Shown: in pieces, positions 23,506 through 35,530 of the stretch | Layout: each line of letters begins with the position of its first letter | How positions within the stretch are numbered: the first letter of the stretch is position 1 | Assembly (NCBI RefSeq): GCF_044704955.1 | Contig: NC_091999.1 | Span: 15,314,001-15,378,000 of the forward strand | Reading direction: 5' to 3' | Length of the DNA: 64,000 nt | From: Pristiophorus japonicus | Taxonomy: Eukaryota | Position numbers and translations under genes: made by a program | Notes under the pieces: generated by a model | The model's database searches: none | What the model was told of the DNA's origin: nothing | What the model saw: only the letters and a program-made list of their open reading frames with translations

Positions 23506-25458
23506 TATAGAAACATAGAAACATAGAAAATAGGTGCAGGAGTAGGCCATTCAACCCTTCGAGCCGACACCGCCATTCAATGAGTTCATGCCTGAACATG
23601 CAACTTCAGTACCCCCTTCCTGCGTTCTCGCCATACCCCTTGATCCCCCTAGTAGTAAGGACCTTATCTAACTCCCTTTTGAATATATTTAGTGAATTGG
23701 CCTCAACTACTTTCTGTGGTAGAGAATTCCACAGGTTCACCACTCTCTGGGTGAAGAAGTTTCCCCTCATCTCGGTCCTAACTGGCTTACCCCTTATCCT
23801 AAGACTGTGACCCTTGGTTCTGGGCTTCCCCAACATTGGGAACATTCTTCCTGCATCTAACCTGTCGAAACCTGTCAGAATTTTAAATGTTTCTATGAGG
23901 TTCCCTCTCATTCTTCTGAACTCCAGTGAATACAAGCCCAGTTGATCCAGTCTTTCTTGATAGGTCAGTCCCACCATCCCAGGAATCAGTCTGGTGAATC
24001 TTCGCTGCACTCCCTCAATAGCAAGAATGTCCTTCCTCAAGTTAGGAGACCAAAACTGTACACAATACTCCAGGTGTGGCCTCACCAAGGCCCTGTACAA
24101 CTGTAGCAACACCTCCCTGCCCCCGTACTCAAATCCCCTCGCTATGAAGGCCAACATGCCATTTGCTTTCTTAACCGCCTGCTGTACCTGCATGCCAACC
24201 TTCAATGACTGATGTACCATGACACCCAGGTCTCGTTGCACCTCCCCTTTTCCTAATCTGTCACCATTCAGATAATAGTCTGTCTCTCTGTTTTTACCAC
24301 CAAAGTGGATAACCTCACATTTATCCACATTATACTTCATCTGCCATGCATTTGCCCACTCACCTAACCTATCCAAGTCACTCTGCAGCCTCATATCATC
24401 CTCCTCGCAGCTCACACTGCCACCCAACTTAGTGTCATCCGCAAATTTGGAGATACTACATTTAATCCCCTCGTCTAAATCATTAATGTACAATGTAAAC
24501 AGCTGGGGCCCCAGCACAGAACCTTGCAGTACCCCACTAGTCACTGCCTGCCATTCTGAAAAGTACCCATTTACTCCTACTCTTTGCTTCCTGTCTGACA
24601 ACCAGTTCTCAATCCACGTCAGCACAATACCCCCAATCCCATGTGCTTTAACTTTGCACATTAATCTCTTGTGTGGGACCTTGTCGAAAGCCTTCTGAAA
24701 GTCCAAATATACCACATCAACTGGTTCTCCTTTGTCCACTTTACTGGAAACATCCTCAAAAAATTCCAGAAGAGTTGTCAAGCATGATTTCCCTTTCACA
24801 AATCCATGCTGACTTGGACCGATCATGTCACCATTTTCCAAATGCGCTGCTCTGAAATCCTTAATAATTGATTTCATCATTTTACCCACTACTGAGGTCA
24901 GGCTGACCGGTCTATAATTCCCTGTTTTCTCTCTCCCTCCTTTTTTAAAAAGTGGGGTTACATTGGCTACCCTCCACTCGATAGGAACTGATCCAGAGTC
25001 AATGGAATGTTGGAAAATGACTGTCAATGCTCCTCTTTCACCAGCACTGCTACCCCACCTCCTTATCCTTTTATTCTATCCTTCCTGAATGTTGAATATC
25101 CTTGGATGTTGAGTTCCAAGCCCTGATCATCCTGGAGCCACGTCTCCGTAATCCCAATCACATCATATTTGTTAACATCTATTTGCACAGTTAATTCATC
25201 CACCTTATTGCGGATACTCCTTGCATTAAGACACAAAGCCTTCAGGCTTGTTTTTTTAACACCCTTTGTCCTTTGTTCTTTGCCTTGGGTTTCTCTGCCC
25301 TCCATTTTTCCTCATCTCCTTTCTGTCTTTTGCTTTTGCCTCCTTGTTGTTTCACTCTGTCTCCCTGCATTGGTTCCCATCCCCCTGTCATATTACTTTA
25401 ACTCCTCCCCAACAGCACTAGTAAACACTCCCCCTAGGACATTGGTTCCGGTCCTGTC
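23506..25458 (-). mobile_element. Young CR1 LINE: ORF1 end, ORF2 N-terminus, internal deletion at ~25030, then open RT domain (473 aa ORF 23606-25027)
   Basis: CLNARSIRNK...GITETW...RKDR (endonuclease start) is joined to WRVANVTPLFKKG...YLDFQKAFDKV...QGSVLGP...FADD, with a catagaaa tail. Confidence 0.95.
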
Positions 25459-26145
25459 AGACCCGGAATCGAGATGTGAACAGAAGTGGACACCATGAGA
25501 AGCCGACCGACATATTGAGAGAAAGAGACAAACCAACAAGCAGGGAGAGACAGACAACGAGATAGAGACAACGAGAGACAGAAAGTATGAGTTTGAGAAG
25601 GAGAGGCAGACTGAGTGAGAAAAAGACTCAAACACACACATATATAGAGATGTGTCTGTGTGCTCTATAAAGAGAGAGAGGGAAAGAGTGGGAGAAAGAC
25701 AATGATTAAGACAGTGACAAGGAGAGAGACAGATAGAGAGAGAGAGATAGAGACAAAAACTGAAAATGATGGAAATACTTATCAGGTTAGAGACAGGGAC
25801 GAACAGAGGCAGGCAAAGAAATGATGGGAAAGAGACAGCCAGTCAGACAAAGAGTCTGAGAGAATCGCATTGGGACAGACGTGGACACCATAAGAAAGTG
25901 ACAGATTGAGAGACAAGTAGAGAAACAGGGACAGATAGATTGAGACAAAGACTCAAACATACAAACGCATACACAGCTCTCGAAAGAGAGAGAGAGGCAG
26001 AGACCGAGCGACACAGATAGATTTCACAATTTCATTTCATTATCGACTCAGAGTGTCACATAGTTACAGAAAATTGCAGATTCAACAGATGAAAATCCGG
26101 TATCACTGATCAGAATGGGAGGAAATCCGTGTTAAATTAAAGAGA

Positions 26146-26227
26146 TACCAGGATTGGGGTACAAACCCACGCGGGAAAAGCCCATTGAATTTTAAGGCCA
26201 CCGCCTTAACCACTCGGCCATCCTGGT
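26146..26227 (-). pseudogene. tRNA-Leu(TAA) pseudogene
   Basis: taccagga...ttaaccactcggccatcctggt with the B-box destroyed. Confidence 0.82.
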
Positions 26228-26977
26228 CCTGTCGCAATCTGGATTCTGTTTCTGCGAGAATCTGGATTCAACCCCACCCCCACAGACACACACATACACA
26301 TAGTTTTTCAGTGAGCATTTACGAACATTTTTAGTAATATTGACACGGGGGCAACTCTCCTATTCTTTTTCAGTAATGCTCTGGGACGGTTCACATCCAT
26401 ACGAGGGTGCAGACAGAGCTTCAATTTAACATTTCATCCGAACGTCAACAGCTTCAACAATGCAAAATTCCCAAGTGCTGCTCTTGAGTGTTAGCCAAGA
26501 TTATATGCTTAATTCTCAGGAGTGGGACTTGAACACACAAACTCCTGATTCAGTCGAGACTGCTGCCACTGAACCAAAGCCGATACCAAAGTTCACAACC
26601 GTATTATTTTCCCCAAGTTTTTTTCTAAGTTCCAGGACATACCAAATTCATGGTGATAATATCCACAGACAGTGCACATACACAGAGACATATATACAGA
26701 TAGACAGACAGAGAGAGAGACACACACATACATAACCTAAAATTTACACGCACTAACGGAGATGCACAGATGCCTTAGACATATAGAAGGATAGGCAGGC
26801 TGAATCACTGAAGCAACTTTGACAGCTTTTTGCGTTTTTCTATCCGTATGTATCTTTAAAATTGCAGATTAATAAAAATCAGAAAGAGATGTCAGTGTTG
26901 AAAGGTATGGGACGTTATGCCACCTATCTCAGGATCAGTTTTGTAGCGAACTGGTTAAATTGTGAATTGCAAAGTAT

Positions 26978-27061
26978 CGAAGTTGGCAGGATTCGAACCT
27001 GCATGGGGAAAAAAACCAATAGATTTCTAGTTCATCGCCTTAACCACTCGGCCATGACCAC
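26978..27061 (-). pseudogene. tRNA-Ser(AGA) pseudogene
   Basis: ggcaggattcgaacctgc...tttctagt...ccttaaccactcggcca. Confidence 0.82.
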
Positions 27062-27280
27062 TGCGTTGCTTCCTCTTTAAACGTTACGCAGAAAAAACTC
27101 AGTCATCCATCTCTGTGCAGCAGACGGCCAAAGAATCCTGAAAAAGTTTCCATTTGCTAAAAATCTAGAAGAGGCAATCTCCTCTACCTGTATTTTTACT
27201 GTTCTATATTGCTCTGGAACTTGATAACATGAATCGATACCAAGAAACAGAAGTAAAATTATGCATTTTGAAAAAACGGC

Positions 27281-27351
27281 CTCCACACGGGGAATTGAAC
27301 CCCACTCTGCAGCATGACAGGCTGGGATACTCACCACTATACTAACGAGAA
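27281..27351 (-). pseudogene. tRNA-Asp(GTC) pseudogene
   Basis: ggggaattgaaccc...tgacaggc.gggatactcaccactatactaacgag. Confidence 0.82.
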
Positions 27352-27567
27352 ACTGACGAAAATCAGTTCTGACAGAGCAGGAATCGAGTTGTGAACAGAA
27401 CTGGACAACATGAGAAGTCGACAGACACATTGAGAGACAGAGACAAACAAACAAACAGAGAGTGACAGACAGCGAGATAGAGACAACGAGAGACAGAAAG
27501 TGTGAGACTGAGAAGGAGAGGCAGACTGAGTGAGAAAAAGACTCAAACACATAGAGATACAGAAGTC

Positions 27568-30093
27568 TAGCCCTTAATAGAATGTCCTTCACTTCCCCTT
27601 TGTGATCCTGATAAAAGTTCTGCAGGTCCTGATTCTTTCCACTGGGATCGTATGCTCGGGTGCCTGCGGCAGGTCCAGAGACCACCACTGAGGGGTTCTA
27701 GTGGTATAATACTGCCGCTTAAGGGTTCCCTGTTTTACAATGTGGAGACTTGTCCCAGGAATCCTGACAGTCCCTGTGTTTCAGTGAAGGCGGGGAGTTT
27801 AAGCTTTAATCCATGCATGTGGAGGTCACTCCGTGAAATCGGAGGTCAGGGTTAAGTTGCGTTTGTGGATCCCTTTCAGCTTATTTATCTTAGCCTTTTA
27901 ACTCTTCAATTTGTTTTGTTTGAGTATCTATTTCTTTATTGATAATGTTCAGTATGAAACGGCTGTCAATGGAAAGGGTTAACTCCTTTACAGGTTTGTA
28001 AGAAGACCTGATGTCATTACGTGACTTCACGTAACCATCTGAAAAAAAATTTTTTTCATCAGGAAAGGCAGCATTTGATTAAACTCCAATATTTTTTTAA
28101 CTTCTTATCCAAGTACTTGCCAAAGATATTTTTTTAATTGATTTAAAACGAGACCACAAATTTTTAATAGCTATTTGTTTACTGAAATTCAATTTCGTCA
28201 TCAGCCTCGGTCAATGCAAAGCCAACCATTTTAATTAAGTAGTCTATCGATACATTTCTCAGAGGTCCCAGTGGAACTCTGAATACATTTCTCGTGCGTG
28301 CACTCTTTCTTTAAGACGTCTACGGTTTTTAATATGTCCTCCTTTTGTCAATGAAAGCCCTAATTTAATGGAGTTTTTCTGCCAACTCGACAGGAGTGAT
28401 TTTTTAGACTGCAGTGGAATTTTTCTCATAATTTAAAATCTCAGAACACATTTTTTTTAGCACCTATTTAGTACGTTACGTCTTTTTTTTCGTCTTTTCC
28501 ATAACTAGAGGGAAGTCTGGCACGTAGGCTGTGGAATGCTTTTCGTTATTTCAATTGTTCCAGCCTCAAGGTCGTGTTATTTAATATAATTTTTTTTTAA
28601 TCCTTTTGACTCCATCTCAGTATTTTCTGCGCCTTCTCTGAATATCTCAAAATCCCGATTCAAACTTTGTAATTCAATAAGGTTCACACTCTTAAACTTC
28701 CCACATACAGGACAACACTACGAAGCGTTAAAAAAACTTTCACTCTTTTTGAAAAAGTGGGTGGAACGAAAACAAACCACAACACCCCGGCTTTTTTTTT
28801 CATAGTAAAAATCACACAAGTATTTCTCATTCAAAACGGACGTTCACAAGAGTCTCTCTTCTTTCCTATTAATTTTTGGATCCTTGACCTTTCAGGGAAT
28901 TCGTAGTTTTATCTAAATTACCCATCCTTGTGTCGCCGCACGTTGGATCAGGGTCCTAATTAGATCTGATTGTCTCCACATCGCCCCGTGGTGGTTTCAG
29001 TTATCTTACCCAGAGTCTAGGCGGACCAAGCGATATACAAGATCGACGCTGTACCTGGCGTAAGTACAATTTAAAATTTACACGGTCCCGCAGCTTAATT
29101 TTATGTAATTCCCTAACCTCCGTGTTTCCCTACGCGGTTCGCGTGATTCTCTCTCTCTCTCCGCGTTGCCACGTGGTTTTACTTGGGCCTCAAACCCACA
29201 CAGCCACTGGGCCTCGAACCCAGGCAGACTTACCTATTCTAACCTATCTTTCCAAGTCGCCGCTTGGTTTGCGTCACCGCGCAATTTCCCTATCTCTATC
29301 CCTATTCTAAGTTTGAAAGGTATTCACCAGATTGTCCTGGATCTCGGTCAGGCGCGACCTGAGAACCAGCGAGTGGCTAAACTTTCCTCAGACTTTTGAA
29401 ACCGGGCGAAACTGGAGCAGTATTGAACGTATACTTACTCCAGTGGCCACTTTCCCCTCGTCTCGTCCAAGGCTAGTCTGGCTCTTAATTCGCAAGTTTT
29501 CGGCAGTCGTCCGTTGAGATCCCACTTCTGACACCAAATGTAAATGTGGATTCTTTTCCCTCAATCAGGTTCAGCAAAATTACTGAAACGAATACCGTTT
29601 GTGCTTTAAACAAAGCAAGTTTTTATTTAAAAAGCAAATCCCGATCGGGGACCTTATCAGACAGAAGGAATGCAACTCTGATAGATTGCACCCACTTCCT
29701 TCGGACAAAGTGACGTTACATTGTAAAGGGACGATGGTTATACATTTTCAGCAAAAAATAACAAGATAGGGCTAGAGTGACATCCTAGTTCAGCCTATCC
29801 CTTTTGATCCCTCTTTCCCTTTGTCCACTCATCAGCCGACCTAAGTATGGTCTGATTTTAAACAAAGACCTTCTGTTAATGTTTCAGGTTAATAACATGA
29901 TTTAATAAGACCTTGAGGTTTTTCTGCAAGCTGTGGGTTTTGTTTCAATATGTGTTAGTGTTGTAACATTTCGCAGTCTCGAGTCTGAGATGTCATGGCT
30001 ATTCCTCCATGAATTCTTTGTTAGCTTATACTGTCCCTATACAATGCCCACGTTCTCAACTTCAATGTCTCTATACATTTTTAAACATTCACA
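27568..30093 (-). mobile_element. 5' part of an LTR element: LTR 29539-30093, tRNA-Leu(CAA) PBS 29519-29536, long leader and decayed gag-like region
   Basis: Minus-strand TGGTGTCAGAAGTGGGAT (18-nt complement of tRNA-Leu-CAA) lies 2 nt from the LTR end. Termini are TGTGAATGT...ACATTTACA (9-bp inverted repeat, 1 mismatch), with minus-strand AATAAA near 29622. The LTR abuts CR1 ORF2. Confidence 0.8.
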
Positions 30094-32920
30094 CTGCCAT
30101 CGCGGGAATCAGTCTGGTGAACCTTCGCTGCACTCCCTCAATAGCAAGAAAGGCCTTCCTCAGATTACGAGATCAAAACTGAACACAATATTCCAGGTGA
30201 GGTCTCACAAAGGCCCTGCACAACTGCGGTAATATCTCCATACTCCTAAACTCAAAACCCCTAGCTATGAAGGCCAACATACCATTTGCCTTCTTCACCA
30301 CCTGCTGTAACTGCATGCCAACTTTCAATGACTAATGTACCACGACACACAGCTCCCATTGCACCTCCCCTTTTCCTAATCTGCCGCCATACAGATAATA
30401 TTCTGCCTTCGTGTTTTTGCCACCAAAGTGAATAACCTCACATTTATCCACATTATACTGCATCTGCCATGCATTTGCCCACTCACCTAACCTGTCCAAG
30501 TCACCCTGCAGCCTCTTAGCGTCCTCCTCACAGCTCACACCTCCACCCTGTTAGTATCATCTGCAAACTTGAAGATATTACACTCAATTATTTCATCTAA
30601 ATCATTAATGTAGATTGTAAATAGCTGGGGTCCCAGCACTGAGCCCTGCAGGACCCCACTAGTCACTGCCTGTTTTTTCTGAAAACTGCCGTTTATCCCG
30701 ACTCTCTGCTTCCTGTCTGCCAACCAGTTCTCTATCCACGTCAGTGCATTACCCCCAATACCATGTGCTTTAATTTTGCACACCAATACGTGTGTGGGAC
30801 CTTGTTGAAAGCATTTTGAAAGTCCAAATACACCACATCCACTGGTTCCCCTTGTCCACTATACCAGTTACATCCTCAATAAATTCCAGAAGATTTGTCA
30901 AGTTTCATAAATTCATGCAGTTTGGACCGATCCTGTTACTGCTTTCCAAATGCGCTGCTATTTCATCTTTAATAATCGATTCCAACATTTTCCCCACTAC
31001 TGATGTCAGGCTAACTGGTCTATAATTATCCGTTTTCTATCTCCCTCCTTTTTTAAAAATGTGGTGTTACATTAGCTACCATCCATTCCATACGAACTGA
31101 TCTAGAGTCGATAGACTGTTGGAAAATGATCACCAATGAATCCGCTATTTCTAGGGCCACTTCCTTAAGTACTTTCCAATGCAGACTATCAGGGCCCGGG
31201 GATTTATCGGTCTTCAATCCCATCAATTTCCCTAACACAATTACCTGAATAATAAGGATTTCCTTCAGTTCCTCCTTCTCGCTAGATCCTCGGTGCCCTA
31301 GTATTTCTGGAAGATTATGCGTGTCTTCCTTCGTGAAGACACAAGCAAAGTAATTGTGCAGCTGGTCTACCATGTCTTAGTTCCCCATTATAAATTCACC
31401 TGAATCTGACTGCAAGAGACCTACGTTTGTCTTCTCTAATCTTTTTGTCTTGACATATCTATAGAACCTTATTATGTTTCCAAACAAGCTTCCTCTCATA
31501 ATCTGTTTTCCCCCTCCTAATTAAACCCTTTGTCGTCCTCTGCTGAATTCTAAATTTCTCCCAGTCCTGAGGTTGAGGCTTTTTCTCGCCAATTTATATG
31601 CCTCTTCCTTGCATTTAACAATATCCTTAATTTCCCTTGTTAGCTACGGTTGAGCCACCTTCCCCGTTTTATTTTAGCTCCAGACAGGGAAATATAATTG
31701 TTGAAGTTCATCCATTTCATCTTTAAATGTTTCCCATGGCCTATCCACCGTCAACCCTTTAAGTATCATTCGCCAGTCTATTCTAGCCAATTCACGTCTC
31801 ATACCATCGAAGTTATCTTTCCTTAAGTTCAGGACCCTAGTCTCTGAATTAACTGTGTCACTTGCCACCTTAATAAAGAATTATACCTTATTATGTTCAC
31901 TCTTCCCCAAGGGGCCTCGCACAACAAGATTGCTAATTAGTCCTTTCTCATTACACATCACCCAGTCTAGGATGGCCAGCCCTCTGGATGGTCCCTCGAC
32001 ATATTGGTATAGAAAACCACCCCTAGTACGCTCGAGGAAATCCTCCTCCACCGTATTGCTTCCTGTTTGGTTCGCCCAATCTACATGTAGAGTAAAGTCG
32101 CCCTTGATAACTGCTGTATCTTTATGGCACGCATCCCTAATTTTTTGTTTGATGCTGTCCCCAACCTCACTACTACTGTTTGCTGATCTGTACACAACTC
32201 CTCTAGCGTTTTCTTCCCTTTGGTATTCCGCAGCTCCACCCATACATGTTCCACATCATCCAAGCTAATGACATTCCTTACTATTGCCCTAATTCCCTCT
32301 TTAACCACCTTTTCATTTGTGTCTATGCTTCCTGAATGTTGAATTACCAGCTTGGTCACCCTGGAGCTATGTCTCCGTCATGCCAATTATATCATATTCA
32401 GTAATTGCTGCTGTGCAGTTAATTCGTCCACCTTATGACGAATACTCCTCGCAATGAGGCACAGAGCCTTCAGGCTTGTTATTTTAGCACATTTTGACCC
32501 TTTAGAATTTGACTATGAAGTGGCCCTGTTTGATTTTTGCCGTGAGTTTCTCTGCCCTCCACCTTTACTTTTATTCTTTCGCTTCTGCGCCCATTCTACT
32601 TCCCTTTGTCTCCCGTCGCCCTGCCATATTACTTTAAACACTCGCCAACAACACGAGCAAACACTCCCCCTTGGATGTTGGTTCTGGTCCTGCCCAGGTG
32701 CAGACCTTTCGGTTTAGTTCTGGTCCCACCTCCCCCCAGAAGCGGTTCCAAAGTTCCAGGAACTTGAATCCCTCCCATCTGCACCACGTATTCATCTGAG
32801 CGATCCTGTGATTCCTCACCGACTAGCAGGTAGCACTGGTAGCAATCCTGAGTTTGCGACCTTTGAGGTCCTACTTTTTAATTTAACTCCGAGCTCCCTG
32901 AATTCAGTTTGTTGGTCCTC
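30094..32920 (-). mobile_element. CR1 LINE, decayed: ORF1 esterase-like end, endonuclease and RT
   Basis: Fragments NTWCRWEGFKFL..W (ORF1), GVVYR...GDF...AILDWV...SEH (endonuclease), KSPGPD, QGSVLGP and FADD. Confidence 0.93.
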
Positions 32921-33123
32921 AGACAGAGTGAGTCAGAGAGTGACAGAGACTCAAACACATAAAGATATACAGGGCTCTCTAAAGACAGAGTGTGAGAGGC
33001 ACAGATACATTTCACAATCCCATTTCTTTGTCAGTTGAGAGTGTGACAGAGTTACAGATTCAACAGAAGGAATTCGGGTATCACTGAGCAGGATGGGAGA
33101 AAATCGGTGTTAAATTCAAGAGC

Positions 33124-33206
33124 TACCAGGAGTGGGGTTCGAACCCACGTGGGGATAAACCCATTAGATCCTCAACGCAACGACTGATACACTCGGCAAT
33201 TCTGGA
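33124..33206 (-). pseudogene. tRNA-Leu(TAA) pseudogene (5' half degraded)
   Basis: taccaggagtggggttcgaacccacg is intact, while the anticodon and D arms are degraded. Confidence 0.8.
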
Positions 33207-33954
33207 CTTGCGAACATTCACATTCTGTCTCTGTGAGAATCTGGGCTTGAGCTCCACCCTCACAGACACACGCATACACACAGGTTTTCAGTGAGTACTT
33301 CAGAATATTTATATAAAAGTGACACGGGGAAAACTCACTACTCTTTTTCGAATAATGCTGTGGGAACTTTCACATTCACCCGAGAGAGCAGACGGAGCTT
33401 CAATTTAACATTTCATCCAAAAGTCAACAGCTTCAACAATGCAAAATTCCGGAAGTACTGCACTTGAGTATCAGCCAAGATTATATGCTCAATTCTCAGG
33501 AGTGGGACTTGAAGTCGAAAATACTGCCGCTGAACCAAAGCCGATATCAAATGTCACAACCGTATTATTTTCCCCAAGTCTTTTTAAAAAGTTCCAGGAC
33601 ATACCAAATTCATGGTGATGATATCCACAGACAGTTGCACATACACAGTGACATACATACAGATAGACAGACACAGAGACAACACAAATACACACATAAC
33701 CAAAAATATACACGCACCAACAGACATGCACAGAGTGCCTTAGACATATAGAGGGATAGACACGCTGAATCACTGTCGCTAATTTGACTGATTTTTGCGT
33801 TTTTCTATCCGTATGTATCGTGAATATTGCAGATTAATGAAAATGAGCAAAAAATGTCAGCGTTGAAAGGTGTGGGACGTTATTCCACCGAACTCAGGAT
33901 CCGTTTTGCAGGGATCTGATTAAATTGTGAAATGGAATGAAAAATGCTGAAATC

Positions 33955-34035
33955 AGTAGTCGGCAGAATGGAACCTTCACGGGGAAACCCCAATCGGTTT
34001 CTAGTCCATCGCCTTATCCACTCGGCCACGGCTAC
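33955..34035 (-). pseudogene. tRNA-Ser(AGA) pseudogene
   Basis: gtagtcggcag...ggggaaaccccaat...tttctagtccatcgcctta.ccactcggccacg.ctac. Confidence 0.82.
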
Positions 34036-34249
34036 TGGGTTCCCAGCTCTTTAAATGTTACTCAGATAAAACTCAATCATCCATCTCTCTGCATCAGAAC
34101 GCCACAGAGTCTGAAAAAGTCTCCGTTTCCTAAAAATTTGGAAGAGCCAATCTCCTCTTGCTGTATTTTTACTCTTCTATGTTGCTCTGGAACTTTTAAT
34201 ATGAATCTATACCGAATAACAGAAGTACAATTCGACATTTCGAAAATGC

Positions 34250-34298
34250 TTCCTCCCGTGTGACAGGCGGGGATACTCACGACGATACTATCGAGGTA
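34250..34298 (-). pseudogene. tRNA-Asp(GTC) remnant lacking the T arm
   Basis: ctcccgtgtgacaggcggggatactcac...atacta.cgagg. Confidence 0.72.
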
Positions 34299-35060
34299 CT
34301 GACGGGTGCAGATTTTGAGACAGCAGAAATCGAGCTGTGAAAAGAACTGGACACCATGAGAAAGAGACAGTCACATTGAGAGCCAGACGCAAACAGAGAA
34401 ACAGGGAGAGACAGACAGCGAGCTAGAGAAATAGAAAGAGAGCAAGTGTGAGACTGAGAGGGATAGGCAGACTGAGTGAGACAAAGACTCAAACACACAA
34501 ATACACAGAGATGTGTGTGTGTATGCTCCATAAAGAGAGGGAGGCAAATAGTAATGGAAAGCCAGAGACAAAGACAAAGACATGGACAAAGAGAGCGACA
34601 AAAAGTGAGAGAGATAGTGAGAGAGAAGATAGAGAGAGAGAGACAGAGATAAAAACAGAAAATGATGGAAATACTCAACAGGTTAGAGACAGGGTCGAAC
34701 AGAGACAGGCAAAGAGAGACAGACAGGCAGAGACATAGACAGACAGTGATGATGGGAAAGAGAGAGACAGTCAGACAGAGAGACTGAGAGAATCCCATTG
34801 GAACAGAACTGGACACTGGGAGAAAGACACGGGCAGATTGAGAGACCGAGACAAACAGAGAAACAGGGAGAGACAGAGTGAGTCAGAGAGAGGCAGAGTG
34901 AGGGTGACAAAGACTCAAACACGCAAACACATGCACAGATCTCTAAAGTGCCAGAGGTAGAGAGTGAGGCAGAGACTGAGAGACACAGATACATTTCACG
35001 ATTCCATTTCTTTATCGGTTCAGAATGTCAGAGAGTTATAGTAAAATGCAGATTCAACAG

Positions 35061-35530
35061 ATTCTTACTGCAGTTGAACAGGGCCTTGGTGAGGCCTCTC
35101 CTGGAATATTGTGTTCAGTTTTGGTCTCCTAATCTGAGGAAGGACGTTCTTGCTATTGAGGGAGTGCAGCGAAGGTTCACCAGACTGATTTCCTGGATGG
35201 CTGGACTGTCATATGAGGAGAGACTGGATCAACTGGGTTTTTATACATTGGACTTTAGAAGGATGAGAGGGGATTTCATAGAAACATAAAGATTCTGGCG
35301 GGACGGGACAGGTTAGATGTCGGTAGCTTGTTCCCGATGTTGGGGAAGTCCAGAACCAGGGGACACAGCGTTAGGACAGCCATGTCTCCGTGGTGCCAAT
35401 TATACCATATTCATTAATTGCTGCCTGTGCAGTTAATTCGTCCACCTTATTACGAATACACCTCGCATTGAGGCTTGTCTTTCTAACACACTTTGTCCCT
35501 TTAGACTTTGGCTGTAATGTGGCCCTTTTT
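35061..35530. mobile_element. Two CR1 fragments in opposite orientation (+ 35061-35375; - 35376-35530)
   Basis: LLQLNRALVRPLLEYCVQFWSP on the plus strand and the endonuclease-start remnant (NAR.IRNKVDEL) on the minus strand. Confidence 0.8.

Larger units (their letters stand above)
15913..35060 (-). repeat. Decayed tandem array of a ~2-2.3 kb tRNA unit (GA-rich spacer, Leu-TAA, SINE, CA tract, Ser-AGA, Asp-GTC)
   Basis: The same flanks recur about 6 times, with the SINE-like block at ~15913, 17556, 19535, 21745, 26342 and 33322 and GA-rich spacers at ~18320, 20595, 25480, 27390 and 34330. Confidence 0.9.

Noticed and set aside
23606-25027. 473-aa RT ORF as an active or domesticated gene
   Set aside because: Young CR1 with most of the endonuclease deleted and non-autonomous. 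It is near-identical to the truncated copy at 14681-15912.
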